Shown here piece after piece: positions 1-8,466 of a stretch of DNA of 26,126 nt. This DNA is from a virus (Duplodnaviria > Caudoviricetes): the IMG/VR virus record IMGVR_UViG_3300026081_000007, positions 1 to 26,126 of that record; one strand, written 5' to 3'. The position numbers and the translations under genes are program-made. Each line of letters opens with the position of its first letter. Position 1 is the first letter of the stretch. The notes under the pieces are model-generated. The model was not told the DNA's origin. It saw nothing but the letters and a program-made list of their open reading frames with translations, and ran no database searches.

Positions 1-336
1 ATCTAAAAACAAAACAATATTTTTGTGCTTCTTCGCTTCTGCTTTTGTTGGCAGTTCCGAAGGTTGTGCCCAAACCATATTATTTTCTTTTGAGTTAAAA
101 TAAGGGATACCTTTAATATCTGTAGGCTCCCATAAACTTAACCTAATATCAATTACTTTCGCATCGATATTTTTTGCAATTTGGTGGATCACTTCCGATT
201 TACCTATTCCAGGGCCACCCCATACAAATATAGGTCTCTTAATCTTCAGTGCGTGTAATATAGACGCTTTACACTTATTTGGCGATAATTGCCTAGTGCT
301 TAAAGCATCTACTTCTGTTGTTTTTCTTCTTGGCAT
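1..336 (-). CDS. MoxR/CbbQ-like AAA+ ATPase, N-terminal part (runs off the window)
   Basis: Not in the ORF track; hand-translated from ATG at 336: MPRRKTTEVDALSTRQLSPNKCKASILHALKIKRPIFVWGGPGIGKSEVI...IDIRLSLWEPTDIKGIP...NIVLFLD. Walker A GGPGIGKS, start of Walker B VLFLD; AGGAG SD upstream. Confidence 0.88.
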   Translation of the reverse strand, partial: MPRRKTTEVDALSTRQLSPNKCKASILHALKIKRPIFVWGGPGIGKSEVIHQIAKNIDAKVIDIRLSLWEPTDIKGIPYFNSKENNMVWAQPSELPTKAEAKKHKNIVLFLD

Positions 337-370
337 TTTGTACTCCTATAATTACCTTGTTGTTTAATTA

Positions 371-399
371 ATAATACATTCTACTACCAAAAAAGTCAA
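371..399 (-). promoter_or_regulatory. sigma70-type promoter TTGACT-N17-TATTAT upstream of the AAA+ ATPase
   Basis: -35 at 399..394, -10 at 376..371, 17-nt spacer, intergenic. Confidence 0.65.
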
Positions 400-456
400 C
401 CATAAAGATTGGTTAAAAACGCCAGTGATTATGCGGGTCATTTGCCCTGTGGATAA

Positions 457-846
457 CTATTCTTGTGATTCTAGGCGGGATAGTGCCTTATTCAAACCGT
501 ATTTTCTTATATCTCCCGAAAATAGCATAAGTTCCATTGCTTTCTTTTCATTGGTAACAATTACACCATCGTCTGCTAGATAATATGGAGTGTCTAGATA
601 CTTGTCTAAAAATATGATTACCTGCGTGGTTAGTGTGAAGTCATTGGGGAAAGGCACATCATAAGTTTGAAGTTGTAGTTTATCCTTAATAAATGTGATC
701 CCTTCATCGGTTAGTCTAAGTCCACCAAAGTTCTTTGATCTACTATTCTTCCACCACATAGGCATATACTCTTTGAGAGTATTTTGACCAATTGCTATAT
801 TGGCATTCTTTAAGAAGATTTTAGTATAGGTTTCTTTCCAGTTCAT
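457..846 (-). CDS. hypothetical phage protein
   Basis: 129-aa ORF, ATGA overlap with the upstream gene; no recognisable catalytic motif. Confidence 0.8.
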   Translation of the reverse strand: MNWKETYTKIFLKNANIAIGQNTLKEYMPMWWKNSRSKNFGGLRLTDEGITFIKDKLQLQTYDVPFPNDFTLTTQVIIFLDKYLDTPYYLADDGVIVTNEKKAMELMLFSGDIRKYGLNKALSRLESQE

Positions 847-1133
847 TTTTCACTTACAGTTTCACCTTGGGTTAATTTAACCACCGTGAATTCTGTAGTG
901 TTGAATAGTGTATTCAATTTCTTCGCTAGATTAAATGCGTGTCCAGGGTTTGAAAAACTAACCTTTTTGTATTTAGGTCCTGGGTAGTTGTTAAGCAAAT
1001 TTGCACTCTTCAGATTGAACGGCTTGCCCTTGTAGAACACTGCCCAAATTCCTTCAGCCGCTAGGATCTGCTCAGACTTGTAGTCTTTCTTATTTGTGTA
1101 CTCTAAAAGTACTGTTGGTTTAGGTCGACTCAT
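843..1133 (-). CDS. hypothetical basic phage protein
   Basis: 96-aa ORF (MSRPKPTVLLE...YPGPKYKKVSFSNPGHA), preceded by a TAAATA box. Confidence 0.8.
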   Translation of the reverse strand: MSRPKPTVLLEYTNKKDYKSEQILAAEGIWAVFYKGKPFNLKSANLLNNYPGPKYKKVSFSNPGHAFNLAKKLNTLFNTTEFTVVKLTQGETVSEK

Positions 1134-1151
1134 AATTTGCTAATATATGAG

Positions 1152-1157
1152 TATTTA
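1152..1157 (-). promoter_or_regulatory. putative late-promoter core TAAATA (context CGATAAATAC)
   Basis: Intergenic. The same 10-nt context occurs at 23986..23995. Resembles the T4 late consensus TATAAATA. Confidence 0.55.
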
Positions 1158-1174
1158 TCGAATTTATGGATGTG

Positions 1175-1423
1175 TTATAGTTTACCGCCGTCTACTTGAA
1201 CGTTTACGGTTTCATCTTTCTTTGCTTCTGTGCTATTATTATGGGCCATTAAAGCCTCATAATCCCCCGCTAGACGGGCCAGTACAGTGGCTAGGGTATA
1301 TGTGATATGCTTGGCTGTATTGATGTCAATACGCACTTCTTTTTGATTGCCCATGTCTGCACCTTTAACTTGCTCGATGAATCTTTGTAAACTTGCGGTG
1401 TTAAGTGGTTCTTTTGTTTGCAT
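1175..1423 (-). CDS. hypothetical protein
   Basis: 82-aa ORF, short overlap with the upstream gene. Confidence 0.7.
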   Translation of the reverse strand: MQTKEPLNTASLQRFIEQVKGADMGNQKEVRIDINTAKHITYTLATVLARLAGDYEALMAHNNSTEAKKDETVNVQVDGGKL

Positions 1424-1895
1424 TTGCCAACTCCGTTTTCATTTCCAAAATAGTTCTAAATGGTCCTTTAAATGGATACCTTTCCAATGTAAGTAATTTA
1501 GGACAATAACTTCTTACCCATCCTTTTTCAAACTTGATTATGTAATAACCTGCACAATATAAACTTTTAGATTTTTTACTTTTGTTGAACAGTGGCAGTT
1601 TACGTTTTACATCAAACACCATGTTGTAAGGAACGAACTTGCTAGGGTAGTCATAAACATCATTCTTCTCTGACTCAACAGGTCCTGGTGCAGATAAACT
1701 TGTACCCCACATCCAATCACCTGTAAAACCTTTTTCAAGTGCGTCCACGTTATCAAATATTCTTGTTCCCGATTCACAACTAAACATATAACGTCTGTCT
1801 TCTTGTTTACATATAGTTCCAACTTTTTTGCCATCCGATTCTAGTATCCAGAATCTATTTTCTAATATTGGCTTTGCGTATAATTTGTTTGTCAT
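1401..1895 (-). CDS. hypothetical phage protein
   Basis: 164-aa ORF, ATGA-coupled to RNase H. Confidence 0.8.
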   Translation of the reverse strand: MTNKLYAKPILENRFWILESDGKKVGTICKQEDRRYMFSCESGTRIFDNVDALEKGFTGDWMWGTSLSAPGPVESEKNDVYDYPSKFVPYNMVFDVKRKLPLFNKSKKSKSLYCAGYYIIKFEKGWVRSYCPKLLTLERYPFKGPFRTILEMKTELANANKRTT

Positions 1896-2887
1896 GCCGT
1901 TACCTCTTCTTTAACATATTTTGCGTTTAATGGTTCTGCGTAACTCTGAGGATAGTCAGCGATCCTTTGTAGATCCCATTTTGCACAAAATTTAATAAGT
2001 TTTAATCCTACTTGTTCTACTGCCTTAGTCTTTGCACTTGCGACTGTGTCTTTTATAATTTTTTTAATTTCATCTGGTTGTGCAGACAAATCACATAGTG
2101 TAACATTTCTTTGATAATCGTCTATCACTCTATGCTCGAACCCTTCATGGTCCACCCAACGTTGCAACATCATATTGTTCCAACTATAACCTTTTGAATT
2201 CCTATCTTCGAATGCTTCTGTCAGACCAACTTTAGTTTTTGTACCTTTTGTACGCACACCTGGATATGCTGAAAACACATTGTCAGCAGTATCTCCTCTC
2301 ATACATTTTTCGAAGAGTAACCATTGTGGATTAGGAGCAGGTCTTTCTTCTCCTGTTTTCTTATCTTTAACTCTGTTGCCTTTGTCATCAAAGTATCCTT
2401 GATGTGTAATTGTAATCTCTTGCACACCATTATATTGTGCAACATTAGGGGCAATCAATTGAGCAAAGTCGCCATCTGTGCTTATAATAAAATGATTGTC
2501 GTTAGGATGTGCTTTCACCCAACCTGCAATCAAGTCATCTGCTTCTAGTTGTGGATTTTGTAGAACTGTGCAATTAGTTTTTTGATCTATGAAGTCTTTG
2601 AAGTTATCAAATGTTTCCCAAAATACTTCATCCTCTTCAACCTCTTTTTCTGTTCTGGCATCTCTTACGTTTTTTCTATTTCTTTTGTAAGGCTCGTAAA
2701 AGTCTTTACGCCAACTCCTACCTTCCAAACAAAATACCACGTGATCTCCTTTGAAGTCCTGCCATACTTTTCGAATGCTATTAAAGGTGATATGCAACGC
2801 CATACCTATCTTACTGTCCAAATCGCTCTGTATAGCGAACTTGGATCTAAAGAAAGTGTTTGCAGTATCAACTAAAATGTAGTTCAT
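1892..2887 (-). CDS. rnh: T4-type RNase H / 5'-3' flap exonuclease (PIN/FEN fold)
   Basis: Motifs ILVDTAN, SWRKDFYEPYKRNR, LEADDLIA, ISTDGDFAQL, GDTADNV. ATG at 2887 overlaps the upstream TGA. Confidence 0.92.
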   Translation of the reverse strand: MNYILVDTANTFFRSKFAIQSDLDSKIGMALHITFNSIRKVWQDFKGDHVVFCLEGRSWRKDFYEPYKRNRKNVRDARTEKEVEEDEVFWETFDNFKDFIDQKTNCTVLQNPQLEADDLIAGWVKAHPNDNHFIISTDGDFAQLIAPNVAQYNGVQEITITHQGYFDDKGNRVKDKKTGEERPAPNPQWLLFEKCMRGDTADNVFSAYPGVRTKGTKTKVGLTEAFEDRNSKGYSWNNMMLQRWVDHEGFEHRVIDDYQRNVTLCDLSAQPDEIKKIIKDTVASAKTKAVEQVGLKLIKFCAKWDLQRIADYPQSYAEPLNAKYVKEEVTA

Positions 2888-3108
2888 CAATCAATATCTA
2901 TTCTAACTATGTGTTTTCTTAATTCTTTTACAAAGAACTCCAACTTATCAATCATAGAAATTAAGTCTTTATCTGTGATATATCTACTTCGTTCTTTTAA
3001 TCTATCATACTCTTTGATTGATATTTGCACCATAGGTGAAAGATCTCTTGCTCCTTCATTTTCCATAGTTGCATCAAGTCCTCTTTGCTTTTCGTCCGAG
3101 TCTGTCAT
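2887..3108 (-). CDS. hypothetical protein
   Basis: 73-aa ORF with AGGAGA SD; fills the gap between neighbours. Confidence 0.75.
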   Translation of the reverse strand: MTDSDEKQRGLDATMENEGARDLSPMVQISIKEYDRLKERSRYITDKDLISMIDKLEFFVKELRKHIVRIDID

Positions 3109-3116
3109 TTTATCTC

Positions 3117-3497
3117 CTAACTAATCTCCGATTTGTCTTTGCCCAAATCTTTAACATTAATATAACCTGCGCCTCTGTCTGGATCCATTCCTTCTTCTTG
3201 CAATATATTTCTTGCAATAGTTTTAAACCAGCCATCAACAATTTGTTCATTTGTTTCGCCTTTATAGCCTGCGTCCAATAGTTTCTCAATAAACTCATTA
3301 TTCCAATCTAGTTCAAAGAAACCATTTCTTATATTGTCTTCGTTTATCTTGGTGTCTAACACAGCCACCCAAGGTTCGCCTTCTTTTGTTGCCTGTTCTT
3401 TCTCTTTCATAAGTGCTTCAAGTCTTTTGTCCTTCTCCGTTTTAGGAGCGCCATCTTTCTTCTTGAATACATCTTTTACTTTTTTTATTACATCCAT
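3117..3497 (-). CDS. hypothetical phage protein
   Basis: ORF-track frame; start moved to ATG 3497 (MDVIKK), just after the queE stop. Contains FFELDWN. Confidence 0.8.
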   Translation of the reverse strand: MDVIKKVKDVFKKKDGAPKTEKDKRLEALMKEKEQATKEGEPWVAVLDTKINEDNIRNGFFELDWNNEFIEKLLDAGYKGETNEQIVDGWFKTIARNILQEEGMDPDRGAGYINVKDLGKDKSEIS

Positions 3498-3498
3498 T

Positions 3499-4398
3499 TT
3501 AAGTTCCCCATTTATTTCCAAATATATCTACTTGCAGTCTTGGAGTGTAACGCCATCCTCTTTCCATTGCCAATCTCGCTACCCCTTGAGTGTTTAGATT
3601 ATACATTTCCGATCTGCCGCCTAAAGGCATACAATATACCGGAACATTAATTCCAACATCGGAATATTCTTTTACTGCCTTGCCCACTTCATCAACATCA
3701 GTTGAGTCAGCAACAACAAATTTAAAATACCCATCACTGTTTGGAATATCAAAGTATGACCTTGCAATGTCTGGTTTGATCGCAGTCTCCCACGGTTCGC
3801 CTGATACTGAAAGTTTCGGAGAACAACTCCATGTCACTTTGAATTTTGTTTGTTTACGCAAATAGTCTTCGAAATCTTTGTGCAACGGTTGTGTTGTATT
3901 AGTTTCAAATGTTACGTTTTTTAAGTCTTGCATTCTTGGATGTTCAAATAATTCTACATAAAGTCTTTGCCATCCCAATAAAGGTTCACCACCTGTCAGA
4001 ATAAAATGTATATCTTGTCCATTATCCATAGTCCATTTGCCTTGTGGAGTTAAAGATAAAACATAGTCAACAACTTCATCTACAGAATGATCTTTCATAT
4101 ACTTTTTAAATTCAGGATAGATACTCGCATAAGTGTCGCAACCAGTGTGTACTATTGGAAGTTCTTCGAAAGTTTCAACCTTATCAAGTACACCATCATC
4201 TAATAATTGTTTCACTTCAGGATTGTACTTGATCCCTTGTTTTAATTTTTCTGCTCTGTTTGGATATCTTTCTATACCAAAGTTCATGCATCTAAAATTA
4301 CATCCGAACGTTCTTAAAAATACTGACGGAACACCTACAAATTTTCCTTCTCCTTGCACGGAGTAAAATGCTTCACTGTATCTTAATCTACTACTCAA
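3499..4398 (-). CDS. queE: 7-carboxy-7-deazaguanine synthase (radical SAM)
   Basis: SEAFYSVQGEG, SVFLRTFGCNFRC...GCDT, LTGGEPLL, FETN, SPKL, PRLQVDIFG. TTG start overlaps the folE stop. Confidence 0.93.
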   Translation of the reverse strand: MSSRLRYSEAFYSVQGEGKFVGVPSVFLRTFGCNFRCMNFGIERYPNRAEKLKQGIKYNPEVKQLLDDGVLDKVETFEELPIVHTGCDTYASIYPEFKKYMKDHSVDEVVDYVLSLTPQGKWTMDNGQDIHFILTGGEPLLGWQRLYVELFEHPRMQDLKNVTFETNTTQPLHKDFEDYLRKQTKFKVTWSCSPKLSVSGEPWETAIKPDIARSYFDIPNSDGYFKFVVADSTDVDEVGKAVKEYSDVGINVPVYCMPLGGRSEMYNLNTQGVARLAMERGWRYTPRLQVDIFGNKWGT

Positions 4399-5072
4399 TT
4401 TGTGTGACCTTTCATACTTAAACAGATATCATAAAACTCTTTCTTCAATGGAGCGTGTTTATCGAATGCACCAAGTAATATTGCAGTTGTCATATCTGAT
4501 TCATGTTCTCTTACACCTCTCTGCGTCATGCAATGATGTTCTGCTTTTATCAATACAGCCACGTTAGGAGTTTTTGCATATTTCTGTAATGCATCTGCTA
4601 TCTGCGTTGTCATCTCTTCTTGTATCTGCGGACGTTCTGCGATATGATGAACTATCCTATTAAATTTAGAAAGTCCTATTACTTCCTTCTCCGGCAATAC
4701 ACCAACCCAACATTTTCCTACAATGTTCTGAAAATGGTGAGCACACGTAGACTTAACACTAATCGGACCGCTAGTGTATAAACTTCTATATCCCATATTA
4801 GGAAATGAAGTGACCTTAGGTGGACTTACAAATCTACCTGCAAATATTTCATTGATATACATCTTTGCCACACGTCTTGCAGTTTCTTTTGTGTTGTGAT
4901 CATTCTCAGTATCAATCACTAGAGCATCTAGCACGTCTGAAAACGATTCCTCAACTTCCTTTTGTAAGTTTGCAAGATCGTCGCCTTCTAAAAAATCAGC
5001 AATGTTGTCATTGCTATGAAATCGTACGCCTTTGTCTTTAAGCCTTTGCCTAATCTTTTCTGATGTTTTCAT
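4395..5072 (-). CDS. folE: GTP cyclohydrolase I
   Basis: ETARRVAKMY, STCAHH, GLSKFNRIV, RPQIQEEMT, AEHHCMTQRGV (Zn ligands Cys/His/Cys). Confidence 0.96.
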   Translation of the reverse strand: MKTSEKIRQRLKDKGVRFHSNDNIADFLEGDDLANLQKEVEESFSDVLDALVIDTENDHNTKETARRVAKMYINEIFAGRFVSPPKVTSFPNMGYRSLYTSGPISVKSTCAHHFQNIVGKCWVGVLPEKEVIGLSKFNRIVHHIAERPQIQEEMTTQIADALQKYAKTPNVAVLIKAEHHCMTQRGVREHESDMTTAILLGAFDKHAPLKKEFYDICLSMKGHTN

Positions 5073-5284
5073 TAATCCCTCTTAATATATTTTTCTAACA
5101 CTTCTATCTCATCATGATATTGAGCAATAACCGCCAATTCTTTTTCGATTGCCTCTAATATATCAGGATGTTCACCAACGCCGACAGCCTTTTCCATGTA
5201 GACTTCAACATTAGCCGAGTGCTTCGCAATATGACCTTTCGCGTGTTGTATAAGTGCGTCATATATTGTTTGTCTCGATGCCAT
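5072..5284 (-). CDS. small hypothetical phage protein (VGVGEHPDI motif)
   Basis: 70-aa ORF, AGGAGG SD, TAATG overlap with folE. Confidence 0.8.
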   Translation of the reverse strand: MASRQTIYDALIQHAKGHIAKHSANVEVYMEKAVGVGEHPDILEAIEKELAVIAQYHDEIEVLEKYIKRD

Positions 5285-5307
5285 AACTTTTCCTCCTATA
5301 ACTTATT

Positions 5308-5336
5308 ATATTAACAAATTTTTGCCAATTTGTCAA
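5308..5336 (-). promoter_or_regulatory. possible sigma70-type promoter TTGACA-N17-TAATAT driving the folE-queE genes
   Basis: -35 at 5336..5331, -10 at 5313..5308. A perfect TATAAT also lies at 5310..5305 (20-nt spacing). Confidence 0.55.
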
Positions 5337-5913
5337 TGATTTGATTGTAAACAATTTGGTTTCCTTCTTCCGAATAATGATTGACCTTTCCTTTATACTT
5401 AGGCCAGGTATTACTCAAATTCAAAATATTATCTTCTTTTGCGTAAAAATTGGATATTTCGAAATGATCTATTGCCAAATACGGAATTGGTATAAATTTT
5501 TTAATCTCGTTCCTTATCATATTGTATATGTCAATTGCATACTCGTCATCATAATGATGATGGAACCAATTTTTGGCAGTACGCAATCTGGGGTTGAACC
5601 AGTCAAATTTGTCCATGATGTCTGTGTAGATTAGATCACAGTCTTTGTGCAATCCTTCTTTGTGTACAGGATGTTCGGTTGTGTGTATTCTGCTTGGACT
5701 TGTATGGCACACAATCACGCAATCATAATTGTTAACCCAATATGCATCTCTGGCACTGAGGTTCCAAAGTTGTTTTAATATTTTGTATTCACCAACACCA
5801 GCCTGTGCTATGTTGTTGACTCCATGTTGTTGTGCCAACATTAAAGGCCAACCTTCTCCAGTGGGCCATTCGCAACCAAAACTGTCTCCTGCTAATACTA
5901 TTCTTTTAGCCAT
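5311..5913 (-). CDS. SGNH/GDSL hydrolase-like protein
   Basis: Block I LAGDSF, block II-like NIAQAG, C-terminal NHYSEEGNQ. Confidence 0.6.
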   Translation of the reverse strand: MAKRIVLAGDSFGCEWPTGEGWPLMLAQQHGVNNIAQAGVGEYKILKQLWNLSARDAYWVNNYDCVIVCHTSPSRIHTTEHPVHKEGLHKDCDLIYTDIMDKFDWFNPRLRTAKNWFHHHYDDEYAIDIYNMIRNEIKKFIPIPYLAIDHFEISNFYAKEDNILNLSNTWPKYKGKVNHYSEEGNQIVYNQIIDKLAKIC

Positions 5914-6713
5914 GACAGATACTCCTTTGCGACCACATCGTGATATTGTTTATTGAAATGTTCATTGTCTTCTAAGAAATAATCTTCTGCTTTGTGTCCT
6001 AATGTATTTAGATGGTCTTCGACACTCTTCTCCGCTCTCTTCAGTGTTTTAATTTTACCAAAATATTCAAAGTTGTTGGGCCATATGCCTCTGCTTCTAA
6101 AATTGAATACATACAACTTGGCGTTGTTCTCTGCACAAATATTGTCCCAAGCATATGCGTTCAATAAAAATTCTCTCTTTTCCAATGTTGTATTACATTC
6201 ATTAAAAAGTTTTACCTGCATATAGGAATCTCTTCTTAGGTCAGGCTCTTCCAAACCTTCTTCATTTGTGAATTTAAAACCTTTTGCGTTTTGATAATCT
6301 TGTGCTGTAGGCTTTGTCAATATTTGAACTGTATCACCAGCGATAGGTTGATCAGAAAACTTTCTAATCATCTCATTTGATTCTGGATGTTCTATTGTGA
6401 AATGATCTACTGGCTCTGCTTCTTGTTTTAGTTTGCCATCGAAACTTAAAACCATTCTGTTCAAAGGGGCCAAACATAAGAATACTTCATCTATGTCGTT
6501 GTATTTTTCAAATGAAGTCTTCAACCAATTTGTGTATAGACTGTTTACTGCTCCTGGCTGTGCATATATCACAATAGGTTTATTGTGTATCTTGGAATAC
6601 GTTTCGCAATAGTTGTTGTCATTCCAGAAAGAATAACTGCCTGGACCAACTTTGCCTTCTATGGTTTGATATCCGACTGTATGACTGTCGCCTATAAAAA
6701 GTGTTCTACTCAT
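5898..6713 (-). CDS. SGNH/GDSL hydrolase-like protein
   Basis: Block I FIGDSHT, YAQPGA, block V DNEHFN (DxxH). Confidence 0.65.
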   Translation of the reverse strand: MSRTLFIGDSHTVGYQTIEGKVGPGSYSFWNDNNYCETYSKIHNKPIVIYAQPGAVNSLYTNWLKTSFEKYNDIDEVFLCLAPLNRMVLSFDGKLKQEAEPVDHFTIEHPESNEMIRKFSDQPIAGDTVQILTKPTAQDYQNAKGFKFTNEEGLEEPDLRRDSYMQVKLFNECNTTLEKREFLLNAYAWDNICAENNAKLYVFNFRSRGIWPNNFEYFGKIKTLKRAEKSVEDHLNTLGHKAEDYFLEDNEHFNKQYHDVVAKEYLSWLKE

Positions 6714-7276
6714 TGTTTTATCTTTAAATCAAAGTTTGCAATACAACGTGGGCCGTTTTTAGGAATACCGCCTCCATGCTTTATTTTACCATCAAAGATA
6801 ATTGCTCTACCTTTTCTTGGTTCAACCGATTTTATAATTTTTCCATCATTGTTAAAAAATACTGTATCACCATCAGCATCATTAATAAAATAAATCACAA
6901 CCGTGTGTTCAACTTGTAAATCAATGTGAGGTGCATAATGTTTTAAATTTGTTTGGTGTGGCATTGTAATAAACACTCTTGCCAACATAATATTTTGCAA
7001 TATTAAATCATTTACATTGCACAAAGCCTGAGCCACCATTCCGAAATTTTCAAGGTGCTTACTGATTGATGTATGTGATTTAAGCAAATGTACAAAACTT
7101 AATGGCGGTTGATTTGTTTCTTTAGCAGTTGTTTCATATTTGCATTTAAAATCAACACTGGGATCAATAAACTCTTCACCTTTGCTTTTAACACCTAATG
7201 TAATTAACTCAAGATGATCTTGCAAATAAGCAGGTATTAGATCATCATAAACTTTGATAAATGGTTCATTATTCAT
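6710..7276 (-). CDS. 2OG-Fe(II) oxygenase superfamily protein
   Basis: PHID (HxD), YFINDADGDTVFF, FDGKIKHGG, PRCIANF. Start moved to ATG 7276 (MNNEP). Confidence 0.85.
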   Translation of the reverse strand: MNNEPFIKVYDDLIPAYLQDHLELITLGVKSKGEEFIDPSVDFKCKYETTAKETNQPPLSFVHLLKSHTSISKHLENFGMVAQALCNVNDLILQNIMLARVFITMPHQTNLKHYAPHIDLQVEHTVVIYFINDADGDTVFFNNDGKIIKSVEPRKGRAIIFDGKIKHGGGIPKNGPRCIANFDLKIKQ

Positions 7277-7652
7277 TTTTTGTGTAATCCCCTTTGCCTG
7301 GTATAACATTCCTTACACCGCCTTTAGGATTCTCACAATCGCCATCTTTTCTTGGAATAAGATGCACGTGTGGATACATCACTGTTTGTCCTGCGGCTTC
7401 GCCAACATTTATTCCAATGTTGTAACCTTGTATTACGCCTTTTGCAATATTGTCATTACCTATCTTTATTGCAAGTTCAACACATCTAATAATTCTTTCT
7501 TGTGTTGCTTCTTTGGGCACGATTAAACTATGTCCTTCTGTAACAGGATATCCGTCATTATACCACACCATATCTTTAAAATCATATACAATATCACTCC
7601 AAGGTGCTCTGCCGTCTTTTTTTGCTTGTTCTAATGTATCAACTTTAATCAT
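7269..7652 (-). CDS. HIT-family nucleotide hydrolase
   Basis: DGYPVTEGHSLIVPK, YNIGINVGEAAGQTVMYPHVHLIPR. Start moved to ATG 7652 (TAATG overlap). Confidence 0.9.
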   Translation of the reverse strand: MIKVDTLEQAKKDGRAPWSDIVYDFKDMVWYNDGYPVTEGHSLIVPKEATQERIIRCVELAIKIGNDNIAKGVIQGYNIGINVGEAAGQTVMYPHVHLIPRKDGDCENPKGGVRNVIPGKGDYTKNE

Positions 7653-8104
7653 TACCACTCCTCCCAAGGAAAAACAATCCAACATGGTAGTATGTCTTTG
7701 TCTATTCCATAACAATAGTAATTTAATTTTGTAAACTTACTAGGTGCATTGTGTATAATAGCGGCAGTTCTAACTCTATCTTCTCCGCCAAAATTTTTAT
7801 TAATAAAATTAAATGTTTCACCTGTGTCGTTTATATCGTCTATAATTAATATTTTCTTTTGAAAAGCATATGCTTTCTCTAAATTCCTTAAATCGGGTTT
7901 TGCTTTATGGTCTCTTAATCTGACGTCCAATGCTTCATGTGGTTTGTTTAATCTGTGACTTAGATACACTCCTGGTATGCAACCTCCTCTGTTGATACCC
8001 ATTATTACATCCGGCTCCCATTTATCATCAGCCATTTTATCAGCAATTTGTTCCAATGCATTCCTAACTTGTATCATTGTAAAATATTGCTTGTTAACAG
8101 CCAT
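7652..8104 (-). CDS. type I purine phosphoribosyltransferase (Gpt/HPRT-like)
   Basis: GINRGG, PRPP-binding ILIIDDINDTGETF, C-terminal WIVFPWE typical of Gpt-like enzymes. Confidence 0.9.
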   Translation of the reverse strand: MAVNKQYFTMIQVRNALEQIADKMADDKWEPDVIMGINRGGCIPGVYLSHRLNKPHEALDVRLRDHKAKPDLRNLEKAYAFQKKILIIDDINDTGETFNFINKNFGGEDRVRTAAIIHNAPSKFTKLNYYCYGIDKDILPCWIVFPWEEW

Positions 8105-8466
8105 TAAAAATTCTCCTCATCAGGATTTTTTGAAACATAATCATTATAACATATACGCCATATATTCCTAAATTTGTCATATGCAATTTTTAAACTTGGA
8201 TATTCTTGGCATAGTTCATCTATCTTCTGTAAAGTAGGAACACTGTCCTCGAATGGTTTAGGCATTTTATAATCTTCAAAAGTCATGTTCTCAAAACCTT
8301 TGCCTGCGTCTTGCCTCATCATTTCATTTATATCACCAGCATTACTGCCATCATAACTGACGGTCATATTTTCATAAGCAGGTGCCCAACTTCCTGCAAA
8401 TGTATCTCCTTGCACGGTGTAAGTTACTTCAGGCTCTTCTGCGGAATCTTTCTTTTCCTTATCCAT
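8104..8466 (-). CDS. hypothetical acidic protein
   Basis: 120-aa ORF, TAATG-coupled on both sides. Confidence 0.75.
   Translation of the reverse strand: MDKEKKDSAEEPEVTYTVQGDTFAGSWAPAYENMTVSYDGSNAGDINEMMRQDAGKGFENMTFEDYKMPKPFEDSVPTLQKIDELCQEYPSLKIAYDKFRNIWRICYNDYVSKNPDEENF

Noticed and set aside
1607-1834. 75-aa minus-strand ORF
   Set aside because: Nested in another frame of the 164-aa gene; no independent support.
3110-3298. 62-aa minus-strand ORF
   Set aside because: Alternative frame almost entirely inside the 3117..3497 gene.
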